From positions 118,814-182,813 of the forward strand of contig JAUYOL010000036.1 of the NCBI GenBank assembly GCA_030695905.1: DNA of 64,000 nucleotides. The letters are read 5' to 3'. The notes below the pieces were generated by a model. The model saw only the letters and a list, made by a program, of their open reading frames with translations. It made no database searches and was not told the origin of the DNA. Source of the stretch: Candidatus Omnitrophota bacterium (GTDB lineage: Bacteria; Omnitrophota; Gorgyraeia; 2-01-FULL-45-10). Both the position numbers and the translations under genes were made by a program. How positions within the stretch are numbered: position 1 is the first letter of the stretch; the number at the start of each line of letters is the position of its first letter. This document shows, in pieces, positions 29,767 through 39,252 of the stretch.

Positions 29767-31250
29767 GTATTTTTATTTCCCTGTTTTATTTTTTTAAATA
29801 CTTTTACGAGGCCTTTATAAAACATTTCGAATATTACGCAGCCACCCTGCATTAACCTGCGTATATCACAAACAGAACGTATCGTCCTGATATTTTCCCA
29901 CCATATCGCAGGGCTCAAATAATATTCAAGGTTCGCGCGCCTGTGCCAATAACGCATCTTATCAAGTCCAAAATTGGGGTTCACATATACGGGATTATCA
30001 AAATTCAACGAAAGATAATCGTGCCACTTGTCGACCTTGCGCAGCCCTCCGGTACGCTTACAGCTTTCATTTAATCCTGTCCCCGGATAGGGGACCGGCA
30101 GCCAGAATACCGATATCGGCGCTTTCATCTTTTTCGCGCATCTGATCGTGCGGCGGACCATGTCTTCGTTCTCATTCGGAAGGCAGATTATGAAATTATT
30201 CAGGCAGCGGAAACCGGCCTCGCGGACCCATCGAACACCGCGCATCTGCTCGTCTATAGTTATATTTTTATTCACAAAATCCAGCGTCTCCTGATTGCCC
30301 GATTCTACTCCTATGGCGATCTGTCTTCCGCCGGCTTTGTACATCATTTTAAGTAGCTCCGGGTCAACACAGTCGGCACGCGTATTACATGACCATAGTA
30401 GCCCCAGATCCGCCTCAACCATCTTTTTCATTAATTTCATCGTAAACTCACGGTTTATAGTAAAAGTGGAATCCTGGAAATATACACCGCGCGCCTTTTT
30501 CTCAAATTTTAAAATTTTCAATTCCTCTACAATGCGTTCCGGACTGTAAAAACGTATTTTTTTACCGAGAATTTTTGACGCGCCGCAATATGTGCAGCTA
30601 TATGGGCATCCCCTTTGCGTCATCACGGAATAATTCGGGAGCACCACATACTGCGTCATATGGGGCACGTAGCGTTTGAGGTCCAAGTCCGAATAAAAAC
30701 CTAACGGCAGGCTGTCAAGGTCCATGACAAACGGGCGCTGTTCGTTAATAATAATTTTTTCTCCTTCACGATATACCAATCCCGCTATCTTTGACCATTC
30801 ATTTCCTCCGGACAGTTCCGACAAAAATTCATCCATCGCATGTTCGCCTTCATGGCGTATGATAAAATCCAACTCCGGACACTGCTGCATGCTGAGTTCC
30901 GGTAGCATCGTTACATGAATATTGCCCATCACGACTTTTGAACTCGGCAGTGCTTCTTTAACGATTTTTGCCGTTTCGAACGCATAATCCGCGGTCGGAG
31001 TATATACAGATAATCCGACAACATCGTAAGATCTCTTCTTTAAGTATTGTTTCAATGAATCGGCGACAAAATCGCCGAACTGCATATCAATAAAATCAAC
31101 ATCGTGCTTCTTGCTCTTGAGCCAGGAATAAATCGAGATAACACCCATCGGCGGAAGATGGCCCTGCAAGGATGACACGTCTCCCCATGCCGCTTTAACA
31201 GGGCTTAATGGTTCAAGTAACAATGTCTTTAATTTTTGGCCGTTTTTCAT
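29763..31250 (-). CDS. Cobalamin-binding (class B) radical SAM enzyme
   Basis: VMGNIHVTMLPE in the B12 domain; RGCPYSCTYCGAS carries CxxxCxxC. Confidence 0.8.
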   Translation of the reverse strand: MKNGQKLKTLLLEPLSPVKAAWGDVSSLQGHLPPMGVISIYSWLKSKKHDVDFIDMQFGDFVADSLKQYLKKRSYDVVGLSVYTPTADYAFETAKIVKEALPSSKVVMGNIHVTMLPELSMQQCPELDFIIRHEGEHAMDEFLSELSGGNEWSKIAGLVYREGEKIIINEQRPFVMDLDSLPLGFYSDLDLKRYVPHMTQYVVLPNYSVMTQRGCPYSCTYCGASKILGKKIRFYSPERIVEELKILKFEKKARGVYFQDSTFTINREFTMKLMKKMVEADLGLLWSCNTRADCVDPELLKMMYKAGGRQIAIGVESGNQETLDFVNKNITIDEQMRGVRWVREAGFRCLNNFIICLPNENEDMVRRTIRCAKKMKAPISVFWLPVPYPGTGLNESCKRTGGLRKVDKWHDYLSLNFDNPVYVNPNFGLDKMRYWHRRANLEYYLSPAIWWENIRTIRSVCDIRRLMQGGCVIFEMFYKGLVKVFKKIKQGNKNT

Positions 31251-31256
31251 ATTTAT

Positions 31257-33116
31257 CTATTTCCGGCCTGCCATTACAAATAGCTGAAAGCCCCATTTAG
31301 GCAGGCACAGATTAAATGCCGCATACGTGGCCGATGCCAGTATCTTCTGTGAAAAACTGTATTCTTTTCCAGAAAGAAAAGATTCACGTATTTTATCGGG
31401 ACGCAAATTAATCATGCGTTTATACAGATTAAAAAACGGGAAGCCCCACGCCTCGAGCCTGATCACATCAAGGCCTTCGTTCTTCAACGCATCCTCTATC
31501 TCTTTCGGTTTAAAATGCTTTTTATGCCCTACTCGCCTGTCGATTTCAAACATAGGGCCGCACGGAACAGTTATAAAAAGCCACTTGCCTGTCATTGATG
31601 CCAAACTTTTGACGGCGGCCCGGTAATCGTCGCAATGCTCTATGACTTCCATACATATCACGGCATCGAATTTGTCGCCAAGCGCTTCCTTATTGAGGTC
31701 TATCTTCGAAAAACTCATGCCCGGAAAATTAACACGGTTTGACGCTATGACAGCATCAGAGATATCAGCGCCCACCAGCCTGGCATCCGGCATTAAACGG
31801 TGCGCATCCAACAATAATTCTGCGTTTCCGCAGCCAACGTCAAGGATACTACCCGGCGATACCGAAGAAAGCCATGAAACGATCTTTTTTCTCCTCATGC
31901 GCGGCGCCGGAGAATGCTTGACCATGTCTCTCCACTCTTGCCATGCAAAATCATAAAACACCTCGGAGTTTTTCTGCCTTGAGCCCGCCGTTAAATTCAT
32001 CTTTGTTCTTTTCGCTGTCATGCTCCATGTCGTACCATAAGTATTTTCAAGTTTGTCGATAGATAATCCGGCCTGTTCGGCGAGTTTACGTACTTCGTCT
32101 CTACTAAAATGATATGAAACCGGCGCATACTTTATCAGGCTGAAACAGGATGACTTTATAAGCTTGAAATTGCTTTTTGACCATAACATCATATGGTCAA
32201 ATAACGGCAATTTTTTGCAGATGCGCTCGGGAAACAGGAAATTCACCGGCAAATAGAACAATTTGATCAATAGAAATATAAAAATAGCCGGAAAAATAGA
32301 AATAAATTTCCGGCCACCAAGCGGTATCTGACGAATTATGCCCTTCAGAGGCTCAACGACATGTGTCATAATGAAATTATTCTCATAGCTATAAACACAT
32401 ACCGCGACGGTTCCTCCCTGAACCAGAACATTCGCGAGAGCAAAAAAAGCTCCGCGCTTATCAATAACATGTTGCAGCGCATGGTCACATATTGAAATAT
32501 CGGCTATACCGCTACGTAACGGATTACACAATATATCACACCTGACCAGTAGAAGATCTATATTTTTATCTATGAGCTCTTTGACTCGGTAAATCTCATC
32601 GCCCGCTTCAGTCACTATAACCAGGCCGGGACTATTTTTTGATACATGATATGCTTCACGGCCGGTTCCGCCGCACCAGATAACGACTTTCCTGCCCCGG
32701 TACTCTTCAGGTTCTATCCGTATAAATTCCCTAAAGCTTGAAGGCCCGTTAAAATCGTCTTTTTCAAATTCACTTTTATCCCACTTTACGCCAACACCCC
32801 GCTGGTAACCAAGACCATTGGATGCCTTTTGTGTCAATAAAGATTCATCCAATAAACTACCGACGGTTTTCTTAAAAATAAAATTAATCGAATCACAAAT
32901 TATTTTTTCATGATCATTCAAAAAATGAGGAAGCAGTGAATTTTTAAAAAATATACCTATGCCGTCAATGACCGGATAGGACTCGCCACAACGCTCGCAT
33001 TGAAGAACCCCGTTTTCAATAAAGTCGCCGCTTGCATGTGAAATACGATTGTCAGCCAACTTAAGGGCGCCGCCGCATTCCATACATTCCAACATTGATA
33101 TATGTGAAAGCTTCAT
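31257..33116 (-). CDS. Fusion protein: Trm112-like Zn-ribbon plus two class-I methyltransferase domains
   Basis: N-terminus CMECGG...CERCGESYPVIDGIGIF (Trm112-like). VVIWCGGTGREA (first Rossmann MTase-like domain) and ILDVGCGNAELLLD...VICMEVIEHC (second MTase). The start is taken at M10 (33116), adjacent to the upstream stop. The track ORF extends to 33143. Confidence 0.6.
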   Translation of the reverse strand: MKLSHISMLECMECGGALKLADNRISHASGDFIENGVLQCERCGESYPVIDGIGIFFKNSLLPHFLNDHEKIICDSINFIFKKTVGSLLDESLLTQKASNGLGYQRGVGVKWDKSEFEKDDFNGPSSFREFIRIEPEEYRGRKVVIWCGGTGREAYHVSKNSPGLVIVTEAGDEIYRVKELIDKNIDLLLVRCDILCNPLRSGIADISICDHALQHVIDKRGAFFALANVLVQGGTVAVCVYSYENNFIMTHVVEPLKGIIRQIPLGGRKFISIFPAIFIFLLIKLFYLPVNFLFPERICKKLPLFDHMMLWSKSNFKLIKSSCFSLIKYAPVSYHFSRDEVRKLAEQAGLSIDKLENTYGTTWSMTAKRTKMNLTAGSRQKNSEVFYDFAWQEWRDMVKHSPAPRMRRKKIVSWLSSVSPGSILDVGCGNAELLLDAHRLMPDARLVGADISDAVIASNRVNFPGMSFSKIDLNKEALGDKFDAVICMEVIEHCDDYRAAVKSLASMTGKWLFITVPCGPMFEIDRRVGHKKHFKPKEIEDALKNEGLDVIRLEAWGFPFFNLYKRMINLRPDKIRESFLSGKEYSFSQKILASATYAAFNLCLPKWGFQLFVMAGRK

Positions 33117-35002
33117 TTGCACCGCCTGTACTGCAGGCTCCAATTGATAAATTGGAGTATCCCTAAAAGCATGAACCCGGCGTTAACGGCCCCGTGCTTA
33201 TGCTCATCCCATAACTTGTTCACTTCGTCCCATTTTAGATACGGTACCGACGATTTAGCGCCGGAAAGATAATCCCCGAAAATATTGCTCATCGGCCCGG
33301 CTTCCCTGAACCATTTATCGACCGGAGGTAAAAACCCCGCCTTTGGCCTCGAAAATGATTCTTTAGGCGCCCTGTCCGCGATCGCCTCGCGAAGTATCCG
33401 CTTACCCCTGAGCCGATAACGTTTTGCCTCGTCCGGGAGGTTCAGGCAAAACTCCACCAGCTGCTTGTTTAGAAGAGGCACTCGCACCTCAAGGCCGTTG
33501 GCCATGCTCATCCTGTCCACTTTTGCCAAAATACTCGGAAGATGAAACTTAAGGTCGGCATGCTGGCGGGCGGTCAGATAAGACCTTTCGGACGGCACCT
33601 CTTTCATCAATTCGGCATATTCGCCCACCGGATCGAGTTTTTCCGCATCACGGAAGAAATCAGGATCATAAAGACGTTTTTTCATAGCCGGAGAAAAGAT
33701 GCGGCGAAACGTAGCGTGATCCCTTCCGCCGCATTCTTCCGAAGCATCTAAAAGGCGTTCTGCCGCCATTCTTGCGCCATAACGGCTGTTGTCCGACGGC
33801 AAATATCGCGATAAGGCCCTCATCGATCTTCTGATCATTCCGGGTAACATCCTCATACAAGGCGTGATCTCCCCGGCCATGTACGTATCATAGCCGGCAA
33901 GTAATTCATCGCCTCCGTCCCCGGCAAGAGCAACGGTTACTTTCGCGCGTGTAAACTTTGACAGCTGGTACACCGGAAAACAGGATGCGTCCGCGAGAAG
34001 TTCTTTCATAGCACCGAGCGTTTCGTTTATCGCATTTTCGGTCCACGCAAAAACCAATGATTCATTCGACACCTTAAGGTGCCTTGCATAATGTTCGGCG
34101 GCAGGTATCTCGCTGAACTTACGATCTCTAAATCCGAGAGTGAATGTCGCGGGTTGCTTTCCGGCCTCCACGGCAGACAGCGCTACGGCATACGAATCGA
34201 GCCCTCCCGAAAGAAAAAGTCCTAGCGGCGCGTCAGAAATGAGCTGCCGTTTTACTGCCGATAAAAGTAACTCATTGAAGCGGCCTGTTAATTTAGATGA
34301 CAGCGGCTCCGCACATGCACCGTATTCCGGCTTCCAATAACAGCTTAATTTCGGCTGTCCGTCGCTCACTGTCAACATGCACCCGGGCGGAAGTTGATAT
34401 ACACCCTTCAATCCCGATCTCGGCGCGGGCAGATAGTTGAATGTAAAATATACATCGAGATCCTGCGGATTATATTCAGGGCACGGGTTCAATGCGCCGA
34501 AAAGCGCCGGTAATTCCGAAGCAAAAAATACCTGGCCCTGATAATCCGTATAAAAAAGAGGTTTTACGCCGAAATGGTCGCGGACAAGAAAAAGCTTCTT
34601 GTCCTTTCTGTCAAACAGGGCAAAAGCAAAAATACCATCGATCTTTCCCAGGCATGCCCATCCCCACTCCTGCCAGGCCGCGAGCAGTACCTCCGTGTCT
34701 GAATTTGATACGAAACGGTGCCCCTTGGATTCGAGCTCCTTACGAATCTCCATAAAGTTATAGATCTCTCCGTTATAACTTATCACAAACCTTTTGTCCG
34801 GAGTAAACATGGGCTGATGTCCGGCCGAGGTCAGATCAAGCACGGACAAACGCGTGTGCCCCAGGAATAAACCCGGCTCCACGTGCATTCCCTTATCATC
34901 CGGCCCCCTGTACGAGAGACGGTCAACCATGGCTTCGAGGCCGTGCTGCGACCAGCTCCTCCGGCTGTCATTATAAGAATAGATCCCTGTGATTCCACAC
35001 AT
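33113..35002 (-). CDS. Asparagine synthase (glutamine-hydrolysing)-family amidotransferase, AsnB-like
   Basis: Starts MCGITGIY (Cys2 Ntn-glutaminase nucleophile). A central PP-loop LSGGLDS region. 629 aa. Confidence 0.8.
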   Translation of the reverse strand: MCGITGIYSYNDSRRSWSQHGLEAMVDRLSYRGPDDKGMHVEPGLFLGHTRLSVLDLTSAGHQPMFTPDKRFVISYNGEIYNFMEIRKELESKGHRFVSNSDTEVLLAAWQEWGWACLGKIDGIFAFALFDRKDKKLFLVRDHFGVKPLFYTDYQGQVFFASELPALFGALNPCPEYNPQDLDVYFTFNYLPAPRSGLKGVYQLPPGCMLTVSDGQPKLSCYWKPEYGACAEPLSSKLTGRFNELLLSAVKRQLISDAPLGLFLSGGLDSYAVALSAVEAGKQPATFTLGFRDRKFSEIPAAEHYARHLKVSNESLVFAWTENAINETLGAMKELLADASCFPVYQLSKFTRAKVTVALAGDGGDELLAGYDTYMAGEITPCMRMLPGMIRRSMRALSRYLPSDNSRYGARMAAERLLDASEECGGRDHATFRRIFSPAMKKRLYDPDFFRDAEKLDPVGEYAELMKEVPSERSYLTARQHADLKFHLPSILAKVDRMSMANGLEVRVPLLNKQLVEFCLNLPDEAKRYRLRGKRILREAIADRAPKESFSRPKAGFLPPVDKWFREAGPMSNIFGDYLSGAKSSVPYLKWDEVNKLWDEHKHGAVNAGFMLLGILQFINWSLQYRRCK

Positions 35003-35016
35003 AAATATGCCCTATA

Positions 35017-36864
35017 TTACTTTATGCCGCTGATTATCCTCTCATGGCTTGAAATGAAATATGAATATGCGACGCGAATCGTCGGAAAGATTGCCAACAG
35101 TATCAATACCGTTATGATCACGAAATGCGCCTTAAACCTTTTGGATACCAGATAGACAAATCCGGCACCGCCGACTAAATATAGCCAGAAAACAAACGGA
35201 TTCAGAAAACGATTGAGGTTCCAGTATGTGGTCCGTGTTGAGCCGACAAATAGAGTAGCGGATGCCATCACTAAAGCGGCAATAAAGAAACTGAATAAAA
35301 ATTTGCTTATTTCGGCATTGCTATTCATGTCTTTCCAAAATGTAGATTTTTTACCTGCCAGCAACATAAATATCGTGGCAGGCACGGCGAACTCCAAAAC
35401 GAGATACCCGAATCCGGTAAGATCCATCGATATTTTACGCACCGGGTACAGCCACAGCCCTATATCGTTTAAACTTCTGAAATAGACGGTCCCGTTAGAA
35501 ACCAGGTTCAGCGCACCCTTGCTCATAGATAAATAAAAGTATATAGGCAGTCCCAGAAGCAAGCCGATCGAAGTGCCGATAACTATATTTCTGATTTTCA
35601 ATTTCTGCCGGTCTATAAGTAAGTAGAAAAACAGAAACACTGTATATGTAAAAAGCAGATATTCTTCTCCGTTACCCACGGCCGCTATCATCAGCAATGA
35701 TGCCAATATCAGTAACGGCAAATCCTTAAACCTTGTAAATACTATGATCATGCTGAGTAAAAGCGCCGCATAACCCTTTACGCTATCAATATAAGTGGTG
35801 AGCCCCCAAGGCACATAAAGCGGAGACAGCCTTGATCTTAAATGCATCGTAAATATAGCCCATGATTTAAAATCCAGCGGGAAAAAATCCCTGATGTGGC
35901 CATGGCTGATAACAAGGTGTTTTAGGCCATTAAAATAAGTAAAGAGCTCCCCGAGCAGTGCAACAAATATCAAAGAGCCCAGCGCGTATGAATGTTTTTT
36001 GAATAGCATCTTTGAAAATATATACGTGCATATATACAACCCCGCATGCCCTATCAGCAACTCTAAATATACCGAGGCCCCGAGGTCTATATCAATAAGG
36101 CGGGCCCATGCGGGCGGCACTATGAGCGACACGATATGCGCGCCGCCGGATGAGTGGCCCGGAAGATTATCGAAAGATATGAAATCATTAGCCAACAATA
36201 ATCTGGCAAAATCAAAATAAGCGTCCGGCTGGCCGTGAGGATATTCGGCATTCAGGAAAAGTGCGTTATTGATAATCAACAGAAGTATCACTGAGATTAC
36301 CTGCAGCTCTTCTGATGACGGCCTCTCGCAGACAGCCCGCCATAAATCAGCGCCTTTTCTTCTATATAACACATAACAGCACGTGATAAACAATACCGAT
36401 ATCAGCAACGCGGTAAAAGCCCCTTTTGTCACGCCAAGCAATATTACTGTTGCAACGGCCAGTACGTTGAAAATAAGACTGCCTGTAATTATAGAAACCA
36501 ATATAGTAACGATGCTGCCCGAATGATCACCGGACAGACGGAGTGCCGGAAAATAACCTAACATGAAATAAAAAAACATCATGATCAGGAATTTATATGT
36601 ATCGTAAGCCTGGCATTTGGTATAAATCGAAATGAACATGATTGATACCGCTGCTACAAGAGCCGCAATTAACGGCAGGGCCCTGTTTCCCGGTTGAAGT
36701 AATCCTAATATTATTACCAAAACGGCAAATACTACCAGTGATAATAACGCCATAGAAGCTGCCGCCGTAAGGTTGTAAGATAAAAATAAGATTGCAAGGA
36801 TAATAAGGGCAGCCAGCAAATAGGCCAACACAAAAGGTTTGTATATAGAGGTATTATTGTTCAT
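35017..36864 (-). CDS. Large polytopic membrane protein, function unknown (candidate GT-C-type glycosyltransferase or polymerase)
   Basis: About 616-626 aa with 14 or more hydrophobic segments. The start is probably the ATG at 36864, which makes an ATGA overlap with the upstream stop. Confidence 0.35.
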   Translation of the reverse strand: MNNNTSIYKPFVLAYLLAALIILAILFLSYNLTAAASMALLSLVVFAVLVIILGLLQPGNRALPLIAALVAAVSIMFISIYTKCQAYDTYKFLIMMFFYFMLGYFPALRLSGDHSGSIVTILVSIITGSLIFNVLAVATVILLGVTKGAFTALLISVLFITCCYVLYRRKGADLWRAVCERPSSEELQVISVILLLIINNALFLNAEYPHGQPDAYFDFARLLLANDFISFDNLPGHSSGGAHIVSLIVPPAWARLIDIDLGASVYLELLIGHAGLYICTYIFSKMLFKKHSYALGSLIFVALLGELFTYFNGLKHLVISHGHIRDFFPLDFKSWAIFTMHLRSRLSPLYVPWGLTTYIDSVKGYAALLLSMIIVFTRFKDLPLLILASLLMIAAVGNGEEYLLFTYTVFLFFYLLIDRQKLKIRNIVIGTSIGLLLGLPIYFYLSMSKGALNLVSNGTVYFRSLNDIGLWLYPVRKISMDLTGFGYLVLEFAVPATIFMLLAGKKSTFWKDMNSNAEISKFLFSFFIAALVMASATLFVGSTRTTYWNLNRFLNPFVFWLYLVGGAGFVYLVSKRFKAHFVIITVLILLAIFPTIRVAYSYFISSHERIISGIK

Positions 36865-37976
36865 TTCAAATCCAGGCTGGGCATCATCTTGAAGCATGGC
36901 ACCCTGTTCAGTAAAATATTAAAAGACGTATCCTGCGCCCAACAGATACAATTATTTTTATGCAAGCGGATCTCTTCGCGCTGACGGATCATTTCTGGGC
37001 TGTTCCATAGTTGCCGTATTGATAAATTATTGATATTCCCCATGCTTGGATAATTAATATTTGCGGTACAATGAAACACGTCGCCATTGGGCAATATCTG
37101 AAGCCGTAAAAACGGCGACCAGCACCTTACCTCCCTGGCGAGTTGTTCCTTATTGAACCAATAACGCGGTATAAGCCTGAAATAATCATTATTGAATTCG
37201 CTGTTCTTGCCGGTTAATCTATCAAAAATATTTTCTACATTTTTTTGTTCATCCGGCCTGAACATAAATTGCTCCATTGCCTCCGCCTCTTTATTATGCG
37301 GCCCATATATATAGCCGCCGACTATAGGCTGGAAACTCGTGACATCCGCGAGCGACTTCAGCCTCGCGTCTATACTGCCCAACCTATGGATATTACCTTT
37401 ATGGACAACTGTGGTGGACTTGATCAGCGGCCGCCTGCCTTTACGTTTTGACTTTATATATTTTATCGCGTTCTCCAGTTTCTCATATAAACCCGGCGAA
37501 TTCCTGATGCTATCATGCTCATCGGGTTTGTCGCTGTCGATACTGACAACTATATAATCCACCTTGTTTTTTATGATCTCGTCCGACTTTTCTCTTAGCA
37601 AAAGCCCGTTCGTGACAATATACACTATGACATTGCGCTCTTTGAGGATCTTGATCACATCAAAAAGATGCGGCCATAACAACACCTCTCCCCCGGTAAA
37701 CCCCACAGAATATGTTTTGGCGTCGATTATTTGGCGCGCTATCTCTTTGGCGCGCTCAGCGCCGACCTGTTCCGGAAACCGTTTTTTCAAACCGTGAGTC
37801 GAGCAAAATTTACAATACATGTTACAGTCATAAGTAACAAGCCATGTCACGAAAAGCGGGCCCCTTTTCGAAGGACGATTCAGTACCCTAGTCAAGACAA
37901 TACTGTAGACAAATGTTATGAAGGCCCTCGCCAGGCTCATGTTTACCGGTACGGGAAATATTCTTTTAAAATTCAT
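36861..37976 (-). CDS. Radical SAM enzyme with SPASM-like C-terminal Cys cluster
   Basis: VTYDCNMYCKFCST carries CxxxCxxC. C-terminal CWSPFLRLQILPNGDVFHCTANINY. The start is taken at the internal Met (37976), just after the upstream stop. Confidence 0.7.
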   Translation of the reverse strand: MNFKRIFPVPVNMSLARAFITFVYSIVLTRVLNRPSKRGPLFVTWLVTYDCNMYCKFCSTHGLKKRFPEQVGAERAKEIARQIIDAKTYSVGFTGGEVLLWPHLFDVIKILKERNVIVYIVTNGLLLREKSDEIIKNKVDYIVVSIDSDKPDEHDSIRNSPGLYEKLENAIKYIKSKRKGRRPLIKSTTVVHKGNIHRLGSIDARLKSLADVTSFQPIVGGYIYGPHNKEAEAMEQFMFRPDEQKNVENIFDRLTGKNSEFNNDYFRLIPRYWFNKEQLAREVRCWSPFLRLQILPNGDVFHCTANINYPSMGNINNLSIRQLWNSPEMIRQREEIRLHKNNCICWAQDTSFNILLNRVPCFKMMPSLDLK

Positions 37977-37977
37977 T

Positions 37978-39234
37978 TTAACCATTATACTTCTCAATTG
38001 CCCCGACAATATAGTCCAGCTGGCCCTCACTCATACCATAATAGATGGGGACAAAAAGCGTCTGCTCCTTAACATGGGCCGCCGACATACATTCAAAACT
38101 ATATTGGCTGAACGCCTTCTCGGCGCATAAAAGGCTTAAGAGAATTTTAGAGCTGTCTATGCCGTATCCGGCAAGAAAACGTTTTAATTTATCCGTATCC
38201 TTAACAAGCAGCGGAAACAGCCAAAATGAATTTAAGGCATGCTCCGTTACGGGCGGAAGCAAAACATTCGAATGAGATCTTAAACTGCGGTATAAATAAA
38301 TACCGTGCCTTATACGTTCCTTCTCTCTGCCTTCCAGCGTTGTTAACTGGCTTAACCCCATTACCGCCTGCTGCCATGTAAATTTTACGAGAAAGTCTTC
38401 CGGCATCGATTCCCTCAACATGACGGTCTTATTCGTTTTCTGGTACAGGGAGAAATAATCTCCGAAAGGCATGGCCATGCGCATAAGAGGAAAAACAATG
38501 CGCTGAAACAGGGCCGGATTCACGGCTGCCTTGATAATAATATTTTTTATCGCTTCCAGTATAAGCGGTAATTTTTTGGCCCGTTGCAGCCTTAGACTCT
38601 CCTCCTTCAGCCTGTTCAACAGCGCGGTATCTTTCGACAATACCATCCCCCCTGACAGGGTGCAGACAGGCTTCAACAGGCTCAGGCTGAAGATAGCCGC
38701 CTGGCCAAAAACTCCGAGTGGGCGGCCACTATATTGAGAGCTTAACGCCTGAGAGCAATCCTCTATAAAAGGGACGCCGCGCCGTTTTGATATTTCCATG
38801 ACCTTATCCATATCCGTTGCGTATCCACACAAATGAGTGATCAATATGAGCGCGGTATTACTATTAACCTTTCTTTCAAGGTCGTCACAATCGATTGTAT
38901 AGGCATTTGGCAGGAGGTCTACTACCACCGGATTAAAACCCGCCAAACGTATCATATTGACAAAATCCGCTACATGTATAGCCGATATAATAACTTCTCC
39001 TCCGGCTTTAAGCCCCATGTTCTTCAGCAAAAAGTAGAAGGCCACGCGAGCTTTTGAAAAACACACTCCGGGAGGAAGATTGTATCGCAGGCCGAACCGG
39101 CTTTCAAATTCAGAGACCGATCCTTGCTGTTCAGGCCGCGGCTTAAATACAAGTAAATTTGCCAGGAACGAAATAATATCCTTTAAAGGAAGTGTCGGTC
39201 TAATCCTGGGTATCGAGCTCATGATTATATCCAC
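37978..39234 (-). CDS. DegT/DnrJ/EryC1-family PLP-dependent aminotransferase (divergent)
   Basis: IFSLSLLKPVCTLSGGMV (Lys-containing PLP motif region). N-terminal fold-type I AAT pattern. 418 aa. Confidence 0.65.
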   Translation of the reverse strand: MDIIMSSIPRIRPTLPLKDIISFLANLLVFKPRPEQQGSVSEFESRFGLRYNLPPGVCFSKARVAFYFLLKNMGLKAGGEVIISAIHVADFVNMIRLAGFNPVVVDLLPNAYTIDCDDLERKVNSNTALILITHLCGYATDMDKVMEISKRRGVPFIEDCSQALSSQYSGRPLGVFGQAAIFSLSLLKPVCTLSGGMVLSKDTALLNRLKEESLRLQRAKKLPLILEAIKNIIIKAAVNPALFQRIVFPLMRMAMPFGDYFSLYQKTNKTVMLRESMPEDFLVKFTWQQAVMGLSQLTTLEGREKERIRHGIYLYRSLRSHSNVLLPPVTEHALNSFWLFPLLVKDTDKLKRFLAGYGIDSSKILLSLLCAEKAFSQYSFECMSAAHVKEQTLFVPIYYGMSEGQLDYIVGAIEKYNG

Positions 39235-39252
39235 CGTTTCTTTTAAACGGCC

